From Octopus sinensis (taxonomy: Eukaryota): 64,000 nucleotides of DNA. Below, piece after piece: positions 1 through 13,507 of the stretch (position 1 is the first letter of the stretch; each line of letters begins with the position of its first letter). The stretch spans positions 29,636,001 through 29,700,000 of the forward strand of contig NC_043000.1 in assembly GCF_006345805.1 (NCBI RefSeq). The letters run 5' to 3'. Under the pieces are notes generated by a model that made no database searches, was not told where the DNA came from, and saw only the letters and a list, made by a program, of their open reading frames with translations. A program made the translations under genes and the position numbers.

Positions 1-454
1 TTTTTCTTCCATGCCACTACCTGTAATGAGAGAAAGAAAAAAAATATTATTCGTTTTTAACGGTTCAACTCGAAGTAATTAAAATTAACAAAACAAAATC
101 ATATAAATATTTGATTAAAAAAACTTTGCCCCTTTGTATAGAAAGGGTCTCAATTGCCCATGGGAATCGAACTCGCCTCTTCTGTGAATATCACTGAGGT
201 TTTGTTAATAAAGCAACCCCTCGAATTTCTCTCTTTCAGTAACCTTATATACACGCAACTTTATACATTTAATAATAAAAAAAGAATAATTTATTCTAAA
301 TACCCAGAGATACATTTAGTTCAATAATAACAAGCACAAATTCCAGTATTCAGTCTCAACAGTGAGAATTGCAGGTTGTTTATATCATAAGAATTTAGAA
401 GTTACGAGAGAACGTGAAGAAATTCATTTTTATCGTTTGAACTCGAAGTATATA

Positions 455-942
455 TCAGGTCATCCCATAAGTTCTGTCCGAATTATGAATAAAGAAAACA
501 CGTGATCAAATGTTATATTTAATTGAAATTTAATCATCAATGTACTTTCCCTGTTTATCTATGAATTCCTTTCATCTATCTTTTAATCCCATCAATGTAA
601 AACTCTTTTGGTTTCAAAGCGAAGAACGCTGAAATGTCAGTTTCGACCTCCTCCCGGATTGCGAAAGAATTTTGCAAACCATCTTCTGCAAGTTCTTTCA
701 TTCAAGTATTCTTTCCCATAAACTGAGTGTATGTTTCGAGTCGCTTCGGCTGCAAAGTTTCCTTTTTTGTACTCATAAAGCATTATGTGCCTTAAATGCT
801 CTTTGGTTACTTCCATGTTAGAAAGGGTTTTAATCAAAGAAGTTTTAATAATTTATAATTCCATTAGACATTCTAAAATACTGTTAAATTTCAATCAATT
901 TTAAAAAAGGTAAAATCGGATAGAATTTATGGGGTGACCTGA
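455..942 (-). mobile_element. Internally deleted (non-autonomous) Tc1/mariner element, 488 bp
   Basis: 27-bp TIRs TCAGGTCATCCCATAAGTTCTGTCCGA (455-481) and reverse-complement TCAGGTCACCCCATAAATTCTATCCGA (916-942), 3 mismatches, flanked by TA on both sides. Minus strand encodes the mariner N-terminal HTH (MEVTKEHLRHIMLYEYKKG...ERTCRRWFAKF, ATG at 816) joined directly to the C-terminus (FFALKPKEFYIDGIK...IDKQGKYIDD*); the DDD catalytic domain is absent. Confidence 0.92.
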
Positions 943-1718
943 TATATAGACATAAATAAATAGCAGCGTGTAAATACTGGGTTAAGAATCCTTTGGAAAG
1001 AAAATTCTAAACTTAAATAACTTAAATGCAAATAATAAATTTATAATATACTATATGCAAATATCATAAATGTATCCAATACAAATACACAATTCATGAT
1101 TTTTAAGAGTCAAGTACTTACAAATATACATAGAAGTATAACTAGACTCCATACAGCACACGAATTTCCCTTTCATCCAACAAGCTTTCGCTAAACAGGC
1201 AGCGGTGATAAATCCGTTAAACCAATATAAATCTCATATAAACATCCGACATTATGTTTTGTATATTTTAGATACTAACGAATTTGCAGCTTAGCTACCT
1301 TTTGATACATCTATGAATTATAGCACCATAATTTTTGGGTACACAAGAAAATATATTGGGTCATTCGAGACTGACTGCAGCTCGATGCCAGAAAAATGGT
1401 ACATTGGTATTTGGACTTCATATTTAGTGAAACATCTCAATTGCTTTATATAAAACACACACACACACACATATACAAACACGCGCGCACACACATGCAT
1501 AAATCTCTCTCTATATATTAATCGAAGTGTACAGTATTATATATGCATTACGGCGGATCTTATCAATCAGTTTTGCACTAGAGGTTCAACGAGTGTTAAG
1601 TGACAGTCCGATTATGTAACCCTGCTCTCGTTAGAGATAGTCGTTGTGGAATGAAATATAGCGACTCCCATGTATATATGTATGTATATATGTATGCATG
1701 TATATATATATATATATA

Positions 1719-1778
<60 letters not shown>

Positions 1779-2159
1779 CATACACACAGACGCACATATA
1801 CATTATGGGCACAGAATGCATATGCTAAGAAGCGGTGACGAGTGAAAATCCTGAAAATAATTATAGGCTTATAATTATTATTTACAGAATTTTCTCTCTT
1901 CAACGCTTCATAACGTATGCAGAATCCGCATATTTGTTTATTTACACACTATACACCACTGTAAAGGTATAGGTCCTAAATTTAAAAGAAACAGACTAAG
2001 GAATAAGTTGATGTAATCAGTCAGCGCACTTCTCGTGAAAATAACTGGTGTGGGTTGGATTTCATCGCGTACTTATCTATTTCCCCCCCAAGAGCTTGTA
2101 TGCTCCAGTATTAGATTATTTCCCATAACCAAAATACAGCGAACGGTTAATTATATTTA

Positions 2160-2490
2160 CGATGGCTCACTGGTTAAAGTGTCGGGCTCACAGTCATGAG
2201 GTAATCAGTTCGATTCTCTGACCGGGCTGTGAGTTGTGTTGTTGAACAAGGCACTTTATTTCACGTTGCTCCAGTTCACTCAGCTGTAGAAATGAGCTGC
2301 GACATCACTGGTGACAAACTGTATCGCCTTTGCCTTTTCTTTTGAATACCATCGATGGCATGGAGAGGGGAGGATGGTATGCATGGGTGACTGCTGATCT
2401 TCCATAAACAAATGAGCCCAAACTTGTACCTCAGAGGGGAATGTTCTAGGTGCAATGCCATGGTCACGAATGGCCGAAGGAAATCTTTAC
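2160..2490 (+). mobile_element. tRNA-derived SINE, family D (CORE-like centre)
   Basis: A-box/B-box-like head (GGCTCACTGGTTAAAG...GTTCGATTCTC), central TTGAACAAGGCACTTTATTTCACGTTGCTCCAGTTCACTCAGCTG block, tail homologous to the 60964-61323 copy. Confidence 0.75.
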
Positions 2491-2596
2491 CCTATTATTA
2501 TATTTACACACACACCGCGCGCGCGCACATGCACATACACACGCACACACACATGTATATATATATATATACACATACACACATACATACATACAT

Positions 2597-2755
2597 AGGC
2601 ACAGGAGTGGCTGTGTGGAAGGTAGTTTGCTTACCAACCACATGTTTCCGGGTTCACTCCCACTGCGTGGCACCTTGGGTCGTCTTCTATAGCCTCGGGC
2701 CGACCAAAGCCTTGTGAGTGGATTTGGTAGACGGAAACAAAGAAGCCCGTATTAC

Positions 2756-2817
<62 letters not shown>

Positions 2818-3031
2818 GCGTGTATATGTTTGTGTATCTGTGTTTGTCTCCCCCCAACACCGCTTGACAACCGATGCTGGTGTGTTCACATCCCGATAAT
2901 TTAGCAGTTTGGCAAAGACACCGATAGAATAAGTACTAGGTTTACAAAGAATAAGTCCTGAGGTCGATTTGTTCGACTAAAGGCGGTGCTCCAGCATGGC
3001 CGCAGTCAATTGACTGAAACAAGTAAAAGAG
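2597..3031 (+). mobile_element. tRNA-derived SINE, family B, near full length with internal (TA)n/(TATG)n
   Basis: Head AGGCACAGGAGTGGCTGTGTGG...GGTTCACTCCC, body GCCGACCAAAGCCTTGTGAGTGGATTTGGTAGACGGAAAC, tail ...CAGCATGGCCGCAGTCAA...GAAACAAGTAAAAGAG; more than 10 related copies in the window. Confidence 0.9.
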
Positions 3032-3877
3032 TATACATACATGCACACATACTCCCTTCAAGAATTGTAATCAAACAGGTCGACCACAATGCTTTTTCTA
3101 AATGCGTTACTTATCCTGTCGGTCTTCGTAAACAATGTTGTCGGAACGCCATCTTATCCAGCCAAGTCTGTGCTTATGAAGATATATTTAAAGCAGTCTA
3201 GGGTGCGAGCTTCAAATATATATAACATTCGAATAGTTTTAGTTCCAGCGATTCTCGCTTTTCTAGCAAGCTGGAAACTTCCTACATAAATTGGAATATT
3301 TCTGAGGCTTTGTCGCAAATGAAATTGATATCTCCATCCACCATCAACACCACCAACACCAACACCAACACCAACACTGAGATAGTATAAAACTACTAGC
3401 TGCTACAGCTAGAACCTATATTCATAGACATTGACACAATCACCTATTGAAAGGAAAGCGTTGATGCTTGATGAACCGGAAGAGTTATCAAAAACAGCGA
3501 TGACACAGATAGATATCCCTGTTAAACAGCTTTCCGCCATTTTCTTTTGAAATCAACTAAACTCAGAAATCATTGCATTTGACTTTCTCAGAGGCTTGTT
3601 TGATATCCAAACTTATGACACGCTTCTTAACACGATACGCAATTATTCCATGTGTGGTAAAGAAATATGAGAAGTCATGTTATATATTGTTTTATTTCAT
3701 ATCTTTTATCCTGCATATAATATTTGCAAAGGGTGTATATGCGTATTCATGTGTAAATCTTTCATATAAATTTTATTTGTTCTTTTTCTTTTAGGAGAGA
3801 TGTACATTGTAGGAGAGAGAGACGAGAGTAATAAGATATATCTGGACTGCGTGAATTTAGCATTTTACTGAACTACC

Positions 3878-3920
<43 letters not shown>

Positions 3921-4340
3921 AGGGAGGGAGGGAGGGAGGGAGTGAGATGCAAAGACAGAGAGAGAGAGAGAGAGAGGGAAAGACAAACAGACAGATAGAC
4001 AGAGTACAATGGTAGACAGGGAGAGATAGACCGACAGACAGACAGAGATGGAGTTAATCTGAAAAAGGAAGCCGCCATTGTATGCGTTGTTATTTTCTAT
4101 GATTACTACATTGTGTAACATATATCACAAGATGGATGTAAACACGTCAAAATACTATACATCAACATCATCAACAACAACGGGAACAACATCAACAATG
4201 CAATTTATAGGATTATGAACATTTCTCGCCTGTGTTACAGCTGGAATGGATCAATCTTTGTTCGTGGCTGTAGTCGTTTTTCCGATATATGTACATATAT
4301 GTATGTGCGTATGTAGGATTGTAGATTTGTATGCAAGCAT

Positions 4341-4403
4341 TAGTGTAAGTATATACGTATATAGTGTAAGTATAGACGTATATAGTGTAAGTATAGACGT
4401 ATA
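4341..4403. repeat. Minisatellite, 3 x 21 bp
   Basis: TAGTGTAAGTATA(T/G)ACGTATA repeated at 4341, 4362 and 4383. Confidence 0.85.
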
Positions 4404-4984
4404 TACGTATGTAAGGATGTATGTAGATATATATGTAAGTATTATGTAAGTATGTTTGTATACTCTCTTCTGTTTTTAATAGTTTGAATTATTCGTCTCA
4501 AGAAGCTGGTTTCTAATAAAGATACAATGCTCCATCTCTGGAATGTAGATAACGAAAACAATGTCACATTTTTGTTATATCCTTACGCCGCCAATATCGT
4601 AGTACGGTTAATATTGTTGAAGATAGATAAAGAATACACTATAACAGTGTTATAACAATACAAAATAGAAATAGCACCAGTAACAAACACAACGAACCAA
4701 CAATCAATATTTCCAACACACTGACTTGAACTGTAAACTGTACCTGGATTTCAAAGACCAAACTACAAACTGCCGACTACATCAGGTCACTACTATTCAT
4801 ATGTAGTGGCCCCGTCTATTTTCGTCAAAGGGTGTCGGACTCTAACCACAACACATTTTAATCTTGATAAAAATCTTGTTTATTTTTACCGTTCCACTTA
4901 TAGATTATAAATACAACGTGCGAGTTCGCTGAAATCTTTTTTCTGAAAATCCTATCTTATCCAGATTCTCACAAAGGCATAAAT

Positions 4985-5162
4985 AAATAAATGCGCCCTT
5001 TTAAAGCCTAGCCAGGCTCATAGACCCGGTTTCCCGGTTTCTATGGCGTATGTGTTCCCCAGCTGGACGGGACGCCAGTCCATCCCAGCTTTACTCATTT
5101 TTGCCAGCTGAGTGGACTGGAGCAACATGAAATGAAGTGTTTTGCTCAAGAACAGAACGCGT
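4985..5162 (-). mobile_element. SINE fragment: family-D CORE-like block joined to the tail found on the 36365 element
   Basis: Reverse complement contains TTGAGCAAAACACTTCATTTCATGTTGCTCCAGTCCACTCAGCTGG followed by GATGGACTGGCGTCCCGTCCAGCTGGGGAACACATACGCC...GCCTGGCTAGGCTT. Confidence 0.7.
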
Positions 5163-5675
5163 CCCCTATGCATGTAAATTTGTATACATATGTGTGTATG
5201 TGAGTGTGTTTGCGTTTGTCTACATGTGTTAGATGTATTCCATTGAATCTATATATGCTCTATATATGCCCCGTATACGATTGTTTATGATTGTATTTAC
5301 TATGCTGGAATATACATTTGTGTCTGTATGCATGTCTCTCTATATATATGTTATTTGACACAAGCTGGAGCTTTAAGAAATGAAAACGCATTCTGTATTT
5401 TTAAAAGATTTATTCACATTTACTCATCCGGGTTCACAGTACTTTGATTTTCAAATACTGTATATGATAGAAAGGCCTGGAAGTATGTGATACTTGTCTG
5501 CACACACACATACACACACACAATCTCTCTCTCTCTCTCTCTGCGTGTATATGTGTATTTGGGTATGTGTGTAATCAAGTAAATAATACTGCACAACACT
5601 GCTCTATACAGAGTTTTTCAATAAGAAATATATAATTATAAGCTAATAATCACTCAGCGTACAGAAAATCAGTAA

Positions 5676-5720
5676 TTTTCTACTGATGAAGCTCTAACAA
5701 GACCCGAAACTAGTCAAATT
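5676..5720 (+). ncRNA. Degenerate minimal type-I hammerhead motif
   Basis: CTGATGA (5683-5689), imperfect stem II (TCT-AACA-AGA), GAAAC-TA-GTC with palindromic ACTAGT stem III; stem I poorly paired. Confidence 0.35.
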
Positions 5721-6117
5721 GATGCAATATACTCCCACTGAAATGATTAGCCACGTGGCGTAATCAGATTGTTTAATAATCTCAAGAAGTCTATTTCAAA
5801 CCACATCATACAAGCACAATTTGTGTAGCTCTACAAATTAATTATTTTACTCGTCATCTCACGTACGATTATGCAAGTTAACCAATCAATGTTATCATTT
5901 TGTATGATACATAGATGTAAGTTAATAATTTCTCCATGAGATCACAAAATAAATATTCTCCGTCTAATGAAACTCCAATAAGAATTGAAACAGAATTGCT
6001 TCCCATTTTGCCAGTCGACAGGGAGATAAAACCGGTTTTGTAGCCGCCTTGTTTCTTTTTAGAGACCCGAACATGCATGCCTTAGATTTCATGTTATATA
6101 TGGTTAAGCATCTGAAT

Positions 6118-6245
6118 ATTCTTTTCTCCTCTAGGCACAAGATCCGAAATCTCGGGAGAGGGGTGGCAGTCGATTAGATCGACCCCAGTACGCAACTGCT
6201 ACTTAATTTATTGACCCCCGAATGGCTGAAAGGCTTGGTCGAATG
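6118..6245 (-). mobile_element. SINE family A fragment
   Basis: TCTAGGCACAAG...GTCGATTAGATCGACCCCAGTACGCAACTGCTACTTAATTT matches the reverse complement of family A copies. Confidence 0.8.
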
Positions 6246-6308
6246 GGTGTTTAATTATTAAATACTTTCAAACTTGTATATTGGAATACTACACTGAAGA
6301 TGGAAATA

Positions 6309-6600
6309 TTGGGTTGTGCGGAGAGTTCGTGTCGATTTTTAAAGGAAAGAAAAGGGTAAATACATACATGCCATTACATTTTTAATCAACCAAATATGAA
6401 CCATTTTGTGGCATAATGCCTCTCCATCTTTCCTTTAACTTGAAAATACCCTCTTCCCAGAATTGAGGTGGTTTCATGGCAAAGAATTCAGCAAGGTATC
6501 TTTTTACGTCATCCAAGTAATTGAAATTTTTACCATTAAGACATATTCTGCAGAGACCTGAATAAGGAGCAATATCTGGTGAATATGTAGAGTGTTGTTG
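6309..6600 (-). mobile_element. Mariner transposase 3' fragment with one TIR
   Basis: Minus frame STYSPDIAP...LNGKNFNYLDDVKRYLAEFFAMKPPQFWEEGIFKLKERWRGIMPQNGSYLVD* (stop 6382-6384) with YSPD(L)AP motif; ends in TA + TTGGGTTGTGCGGAGAGTTCG at 6307-6329. Confidence 0.85.
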
Positions 6601-6715
6601 TCAGGGAGATATCTTATGGTAGAGGAATAGTATTTAACTGCTATTTCTAAATTTCGGTATGTGGTGAAGCAATTTTTGCTGAAGCCTAATTATAATTATG
6701 TTTATATTTATAGAA

Positions 6716-6760
<45 letters not shown>

Positions 6761-6764
6761 TATA

Positions 6765-6908
6765 CGACGGGCTTCTTTCAGTTTCCGTGGACCAAATCCA
6801 CACACAAGACCTTAATCGGCTCGAAGACATTTGTCCAGAGTGCCACGAAGTGAGACTGAACCCCGAACCGTGTGGTTGGGAAGCAAGCTTCTTTCCACAA
6901 AGCCACGC
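6765..6908 (-). mobile_element. SINE family B, 5' half
   Basis: Reverse complement of the family B head/body (CGACGGGCTTCTTTCAGTTTCCG...CCACAAAGCCACGCCTGCGTC). Confidence 0.8.
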
Positions 6909-7206
6909 CTGCGTCTGTCTCTCTCTCTGTCTCTCTCTCTCTCTCACACATGTTTGTCTATGTATCTATATACATATGTGCGTGCATGTGTGTGCGTGCG
7001 TGTGTGTGTGTGTGTGTGTGTGTAAGCATTTATGATTAAATATACGCAGGAGCGTATAAAGATGGAGTTTAAAGATGTTAGCTTACATTTGCTGGTGTCA
7101 TTTCTAGAGTATTTGTAGGTACATATTTTTCGTTAATATAATTATATGATTGTACATGCATATAAATTTACCTATGTAGATATAGATATCTTAAACGTAT
7201 GTCTGG

Positions 7207-7283
<77 letters not shown>

Positions 7284-7345
7284 CGTTTCAGTATGTAAAT
7301 AACAATTTTACTACATATATTTACATGGATAATTTAATATCAATG

Positions 7346-7392
<47 letters not shown>

Positions 7393-7452
7393 CATATATA
7401 TACATATATATATATATATAATATATATATACATATATATACATATATATAC

Positions 7453-7483
<31 letters not shown>

Positions 7484-7515
7484 CATACATACATACATAT
7501 ATATATATATAATAT

Positions 7516-7554
<39 letters not shown>

Positions 7555-8751
7555 CATACATACATATATATAATATAAATACACACACAAACACACACAC
7601 ATATATATATATAGTTATCTACCGCTGTATGTACTTACAGCTGTATACACAGATAATGGATGGCGATATAGAACAACCAAGCATATCGTTATCTCTACTC
7701 TCATTCTAGGTTCTTGTAGCAGAAAATCCAAACTGAAATCATATTGAAGATTTATTAGTCTTTGGTTTATTGATTTTTAAAAAGCCTTATATATTCTTTA
7801 TTTGTTGTACGTTTGAATTATTTGAAAATAGCTAGAGATATTTGACAATTCAATAAATTTATACACATAGATAAAAAGGCATGATATAAAGCTATAAACA
7901 AATAAAGTTATTTTCCTGAAGTCTCATTATATTCCTAGCTACATCAATGTAATTTATCTGCAATTAATATGAAATGGAATCTTTAAAAATTGGAATGTTG
8001 GGAGATATGTTGAATTTTGCCATGTAATACACTTGAATATATTCATACATAGGTACTTATATACATGTAACTACGTACTCATGTATTGTGTTTGTGTATG
8101 TGTTTGTGTGTTTGTGTGTGTTTGACGGTGGATCTCTGTCGGTTTGGACGAGGAATATCCAGTTGCTCGATCAAGGAAATTCGTTGTCTTTTGAATTAGC
8201 CTGTATATGGCTGAATTTTTCATAGGGACGTAACACCACAAACGAGATTCTCTGCTACAGCTAATGTAACGCAGTATGTAGTAAGGCTATGCTTTTCTAA
8301 TTAGATCCGATGATAATCTTGTACGCAATTCCCACCATTGTAAGATATGGGTTGGCACTAGGCTATAGAAAATCGCGTGTATTTGGCACGTCGTGGCATA
8401 GAATCCAGAAAACCTGGATAGGGACACATACACATACTTCTATATGCATTTGTATATATGTATATATATATATATTATATATATATGTATGTATATATAT
8501 ATATATATACGTATATATATATATACATATATACATATATATGTATACATATATATACATATATATATATATATATATTTGAGTGCATGTATCGATGCAG
8601 GTGTATATGAGAGTGCGAAAATGAGTGCGCGTTTATGGAGGTATAAATATATATATATATACATGCGCGTGTGTGTGTGTCAGCGTATGCATTACGTAAT
8701 ATGAGTATATTCATAGAGTGTGTTGTTATATAATCAAAAGCTCTATATCCT

Positions 8752-8870
8752 TTTCTACTCTAGACAGAGGGCCCGAAATTTTGGGGGAGGGGGGCATTCC
8801 GCAACTGGTACTTAATTTATCGACCCCAAAATGATGAAATGTAAAATCGACCTCGGCGCAATTTGGCAAA
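8752..8870 (-). mobile_element. SINE family A fragment
   Basis: TTCTACTCTAGACAGAGGGCCCGAAATTTTGGGGGAG...GGTACTTAATTTATCGACCCC...AAATCGACCTCGGCGCAATTT. Confidence 0.8.
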
Positions 8871-9620
8871 AGCTATATATTCCCAGAGAAATGGAGAAAT
8901 GTCCTTCAACTTTTGTAGAACATTATTTTTTGAAGCTGTCTTATATCAAAAGAAAAATACTTCGTTTTTCTTCTTGCTTAGTTTCCAGGCTTCAAATTTT
9001 AAACTTCGGTTTAAATCTAAAAATTGTCGTTTTAATTTACTCATTCAAATCCCATATTGCATATTTTACATCTTTGTGCCCATGTTTACTCACTGGAGAA
9101 CACGCGAATGCGTGCAAAAGCTGTTGAGTAATTGAATAATGAGAAAACAAAAGCTGTTCAGTAATGACAAAACATACGTATATATATATATTTAATACTT
9201 TTCTCGCTGGATTGCGAGTTCGTTTCTCTCTTTGTCATCTGTGATTTTATTTTTGATCTTCTATATAAATGAAGATATTTCCTCCGTCTGGCAGCTTTTC
9301 TTTCTACAAGACGAGAAGTTATATTGCGGAACAGTCATTTTAACGAATTGTATTTATTTATCCTGAATCAGTTGTTGGGTGTCCCACCCAAGAGGAATCG
9401 ATGCTAGATGTGTCGAAACAATTGTCGTGATTAATAATAAATTGTCGTATGTTCCATCTTCTATCTTTCATTAGCTATATATATATATATGTTTTTTGTA
9501 TCGTCTTCTACATGTTTTACGTTCTTGTCCCAGTTGGTATTTTTCTACATATAATATATATATATATATATAATATATATATATAGTCTGTGAACGTCTG
9601 TATGTGCGTGTACAAGTATG

Positions 9621-9651
<31 letters not shown>

Positions 9652-10735
9652 CATACATACTTATACACGCACATACAGACTTACACACACATAGACATAC
9701 ACACGCACGCACACACAAAGTGAGAGAAAGATGGTGAAGTTTATAAGTATGTATAGTAGATACGAAACGTGTATATGGATTTCTTTTTAAAATAAAACAA
9801 AACATCAATTATATCCATGCATAAGAATTGCTTTATATTTCTCCTGGACAAAGATGACACACAAAAATATCCCTTTATTGTTCCATGCTGTCTCAATTCT
9901 CTTTGATCTCCCTTCTGTTTTTAACCATTGTTGTATTTAATTTTCTTCAGAACTGAAATATCTTAAGCATATCTACATATCTCGTATATGCTAGTATTTG
10001 GAAGAATTCCCAGAACTTCTGATTCCAAGAATATACACCAAGTTGTGGATGTTCAGTTTCACTTCAGATCTGCTTCCAAGTCATACCATGCAAACATTCC
10101 ATTTATGAGCCAAATTTACTACCCGAGAGATGAACCCCCTCACACACACACACGCACGCACACACAGACACACACACGCACGCACACACAGCAGACACAC
10201 ACACACACACACAAACACACACAAGACAAAAACAAAAACAAAGAACAAGACCCAAACAAAGATATATCCGATAAACACAGTGTTACACATACAAAGAGAT
10301 GTGCGAATACGGAGAGACATCTCTCAATCTCACACTTTTACTCATACGTACGTACACATTAAATTACACACGCTAACTAACGCATACGTAAATACAGTAG
10401 TGCAGCGGTTCACACACACACGTACACACACATACGTACTCATACACATACAGACACGCATACATATATATATATATCATAAAACTACATGCCGTGTATA
10501 TGATGTACGCATATGTGTTGATTATACATAAATAAACGCTCCGTGTAAGTGAGCGTATATATGTGTCTGTATATGTGTATGTGTATATATATATATACAT
10601 GTATATATATAATATATATAACATATAAATATACATATTATATACATATACATTATACATTTATATATATATATATATATATACACTATATATATAATAT
10701 ATAAACGTGTGCATATATATACATCTACATTCATG

Positions 10736-10773
<38 letters not shown>

Positions 10774-10940
10774 CATGTAGATATATATACACAAATACAC
10801 ACACCTATAATATATACATATATTTAGATATGTAAACATGCGCAACGCACGTATATGTACATACGCACATATCCATATATCTATCTATCTGTCTGTCTCT
10901 CTCGCTCTCTCTCTCTATATATATAAAACATATATGTGAG

Positions 10941-10974
<34 letters not shown>

Positions 10975-11008
10975 AACATATATGTAAGTATATATGTATA
11001 TATATACA

Positions 11009-11069
<61 letters not shown>

Positions 11070-11784
11070 CACATATGAACCATTCCTTCGGTCTCGCCAA
11101 GATGTCGGCTTTGATAACATTGGTGATGTCGACCATACAGTTCCTTGCTTGAGCTTGCTTAGTTTATGTAGTGGAAGAGACCTTAGATCAATAGTTATCA
11201 CTGTGCATCTATTTTACAAGCGAAGCAATAAGGGAATACAGACTTTCATTTGCTTCTTTCTTTTATCCATATTTATTGTGTACAGAGGGAGGGGCTTCTT
11301 TCAGTTTCTCTACAGTCTTATTATTTTCTCTTTTAAACAGATATCGTATACATATCTTCTTTCTCTATTTTGCTATATTTCTACAAATTTTACATACTCT
11401 GTATTTATGAGGCTCCCGCCCCTCTCTCTCTCTCTCCATCTCTCCTTCTGTATTGTAATCTCTCATTCTCAATAACTATATATCAATCTTTGATGCATAG
11501 AATAAAGTGTTTTCACACCTGATGAGTTGTGAAGAAAGGCTAATCCATTTAAATGACTTTTCAAAATTTTGTTGGGTATTCTTATTAAACATATTTTTTG
11601 TAAGTTACTTTGAATCTTATCCATATGTCTGTGTGTGTGTATTCGTGCACGTGTGTTGCATTATATCTGTTGAAATTGGTTCAATCGAAGTTGATTACTG
11701 AAAATGTAGTACTCGATATATGACGTAAATGTAAGCTCTTGTATTCGTTTAAAAATTTGCACAACAACCTTGAGTTCAAATTCC

Positions 11785-11917
11785 GAGGGGAGGCGGGAAA
11801 GTTCCTGGCTTTTGTTACAAGAAAATACAGCAGGATCAGTTAATTGTGATTTTATTCAACATGTTCCCCTCTCAGATTCACACTCTTATTGCAGCGGTCC
11901 TTCAGTTTTTCTAAGCC
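11785..11917 (-). mobile_element. Mariner 3' end remnant (third subfamily)
   Basis: Minus frame GLEKLKDRCNKSVNLRGEHVE* resembles the mariner C-terminus; GAGGGG...GAAAGTTCCTGGCTT is a TIR-like end; truncated by the adjacent palindromic element. Confidence 0.6.
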
Positions 11918-12120
11918 CAGCAAAAATATCACAAAAACTGTTACTCAGAGTTTCCCGTTCCCGTTCTTGGGACAGTTTTTCTCCGACGAACGGGGAACGT
12001 GAAACCAGTAACTGTTTCTGTAGTATTTTTGCTGCTTTTTAATAAAGCATATTACTCTACCTTTGGTATTCGAGTACCATTTTCTCCGCCTTGTTTCGCA
12101 TTTACGTGCTTACTCTGGTA
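11918..12120. mobile_element. Diverged copy of the ~230-bp palindromic HHR-bearing element (family of 24379-24605)
   Basis: Same tail (AAAGCATATTACTCTACC...TTACTCTGGTATATA) ending in (TA)n; inverted arms with degenerate core CCGACGA-ACG-GGGAA-CGT-GAAAC. Confidence 0.7.
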
Positions 12121-12127
12121 TATATAT

Positions 12128-12170
<43 letters not shown>

Positions 12171-12218
12171 CTACATACATACATACATAAATATATATGT
12201 ATGTATACAAATACATTT

Positions 12219-12250
<32 letters not shown>

Positions 12251-12311
12251 ATATACATATATGTATGTATGTATGTATGTATGTATCTATGTATGTATCT
12301 ATGTATGTATG

Positions 12312-12346
<35 letters not shown>

Positions 12347-12393
12347 ATCTATCTATATATCTATCTATCTATCTATCTATCTATATCTATCTA

Positions 12394-12439
<46 letters not shown>

Positions 12440-13123
12440 AATATATGTCATTGTTCAGTTTTATCTCAAGAGAAAGAGCCGGTTTCCAACCTAGATTCAA
12501 GTCTCCTTCATTGGAATTTCAAAATCTATGTATGTATGTAGTCATTTGATCATGTATTTCCTTTACTCAACATCTTATATTCTAATTATTTCTACTTCCT
12601 CGCATCACACACAGACATTCATACTTACAAAAGTACAGATGAAACCTATGTGTATCATTATAGTTTTGCTTCGTATCATTCAAATGAAAAATAAATTCCA
12701 ACAATCAATGATATATCTCTTACTCCCTGTAACCCTTGGCATTTGTCTCTTATCTTCTGTATAAGCTCTCAGAATTCCGAATCAGTTTAGCCTGATTGTG
12801 TGTAGCTTCGATGAAAAGTACAGATAACGATGAACATAAAGTCCATTTTTCCTCACAGAACTCTTCTCCGCATTCTTTATCTTCTTATGAATGTCATAAT
12901 CACAACTACTACACACCACTCTACTACAGATTATACTACATCTTTACTGATATTATTATATTATTTGCATTGAGCTTGCTGTTGATCAGCGATATATAAC
13001 TGATACCTATCATCGTCATCATCGCCGTCGTCATCATCCTCGTCGTCATTGTCGCTGCTGCTGCTGCTGGTACTCTTGTCGTCGTTGTTGTTGTTCTTAT
13101 TGTTGTTGTTATTATTATTATTA

Positions 13124-13159
<36 letters not shown>

Positions 13160-13177
13160 TATCATTATTATTATCAT

Positions 13178-13456
13178 TCTATGTTTGACTTTTGCTTTAT
13201 GTCTGTACAAGTTGGCTCCAAGTCTCACCCAGAGACCTCAAGAGACAACAGGTTGGAAGTTCTGTGCCATATATTTATTTATTTTTTTTTGTGTGTTGTA
13301 CTAGTGAATGTCTAATACATAAAAAAAAATAATAAATAAAGAAAAGTTTGTTTTAAACCTTAGGATTACATAGAGAGTATTTTGCGTAGGATATGAGCAG
13401 TTCCCATGAGCACTATCTTTTGAATTTCTGCCATTTTGGGGTTTCCTGGTATCTGA

Positions 13457-13457
<1 letters not shown>
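13178..13457 (-). mobile_element. Severely 5'-truncated R4/Dong-like non-LTR retrotransposon (last ~30 codons + 3' UTR) inside a (TAA)n array
   Basis: Minus frame QIPGNPKMAEIQKIVLMGTAHILRKILSM* aligns by eye with the C-termini at 19063 and 20006; (TAA)n on both flanks. Confidence 0.8.
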
Positions 13458-13507
<50 letters not shown>

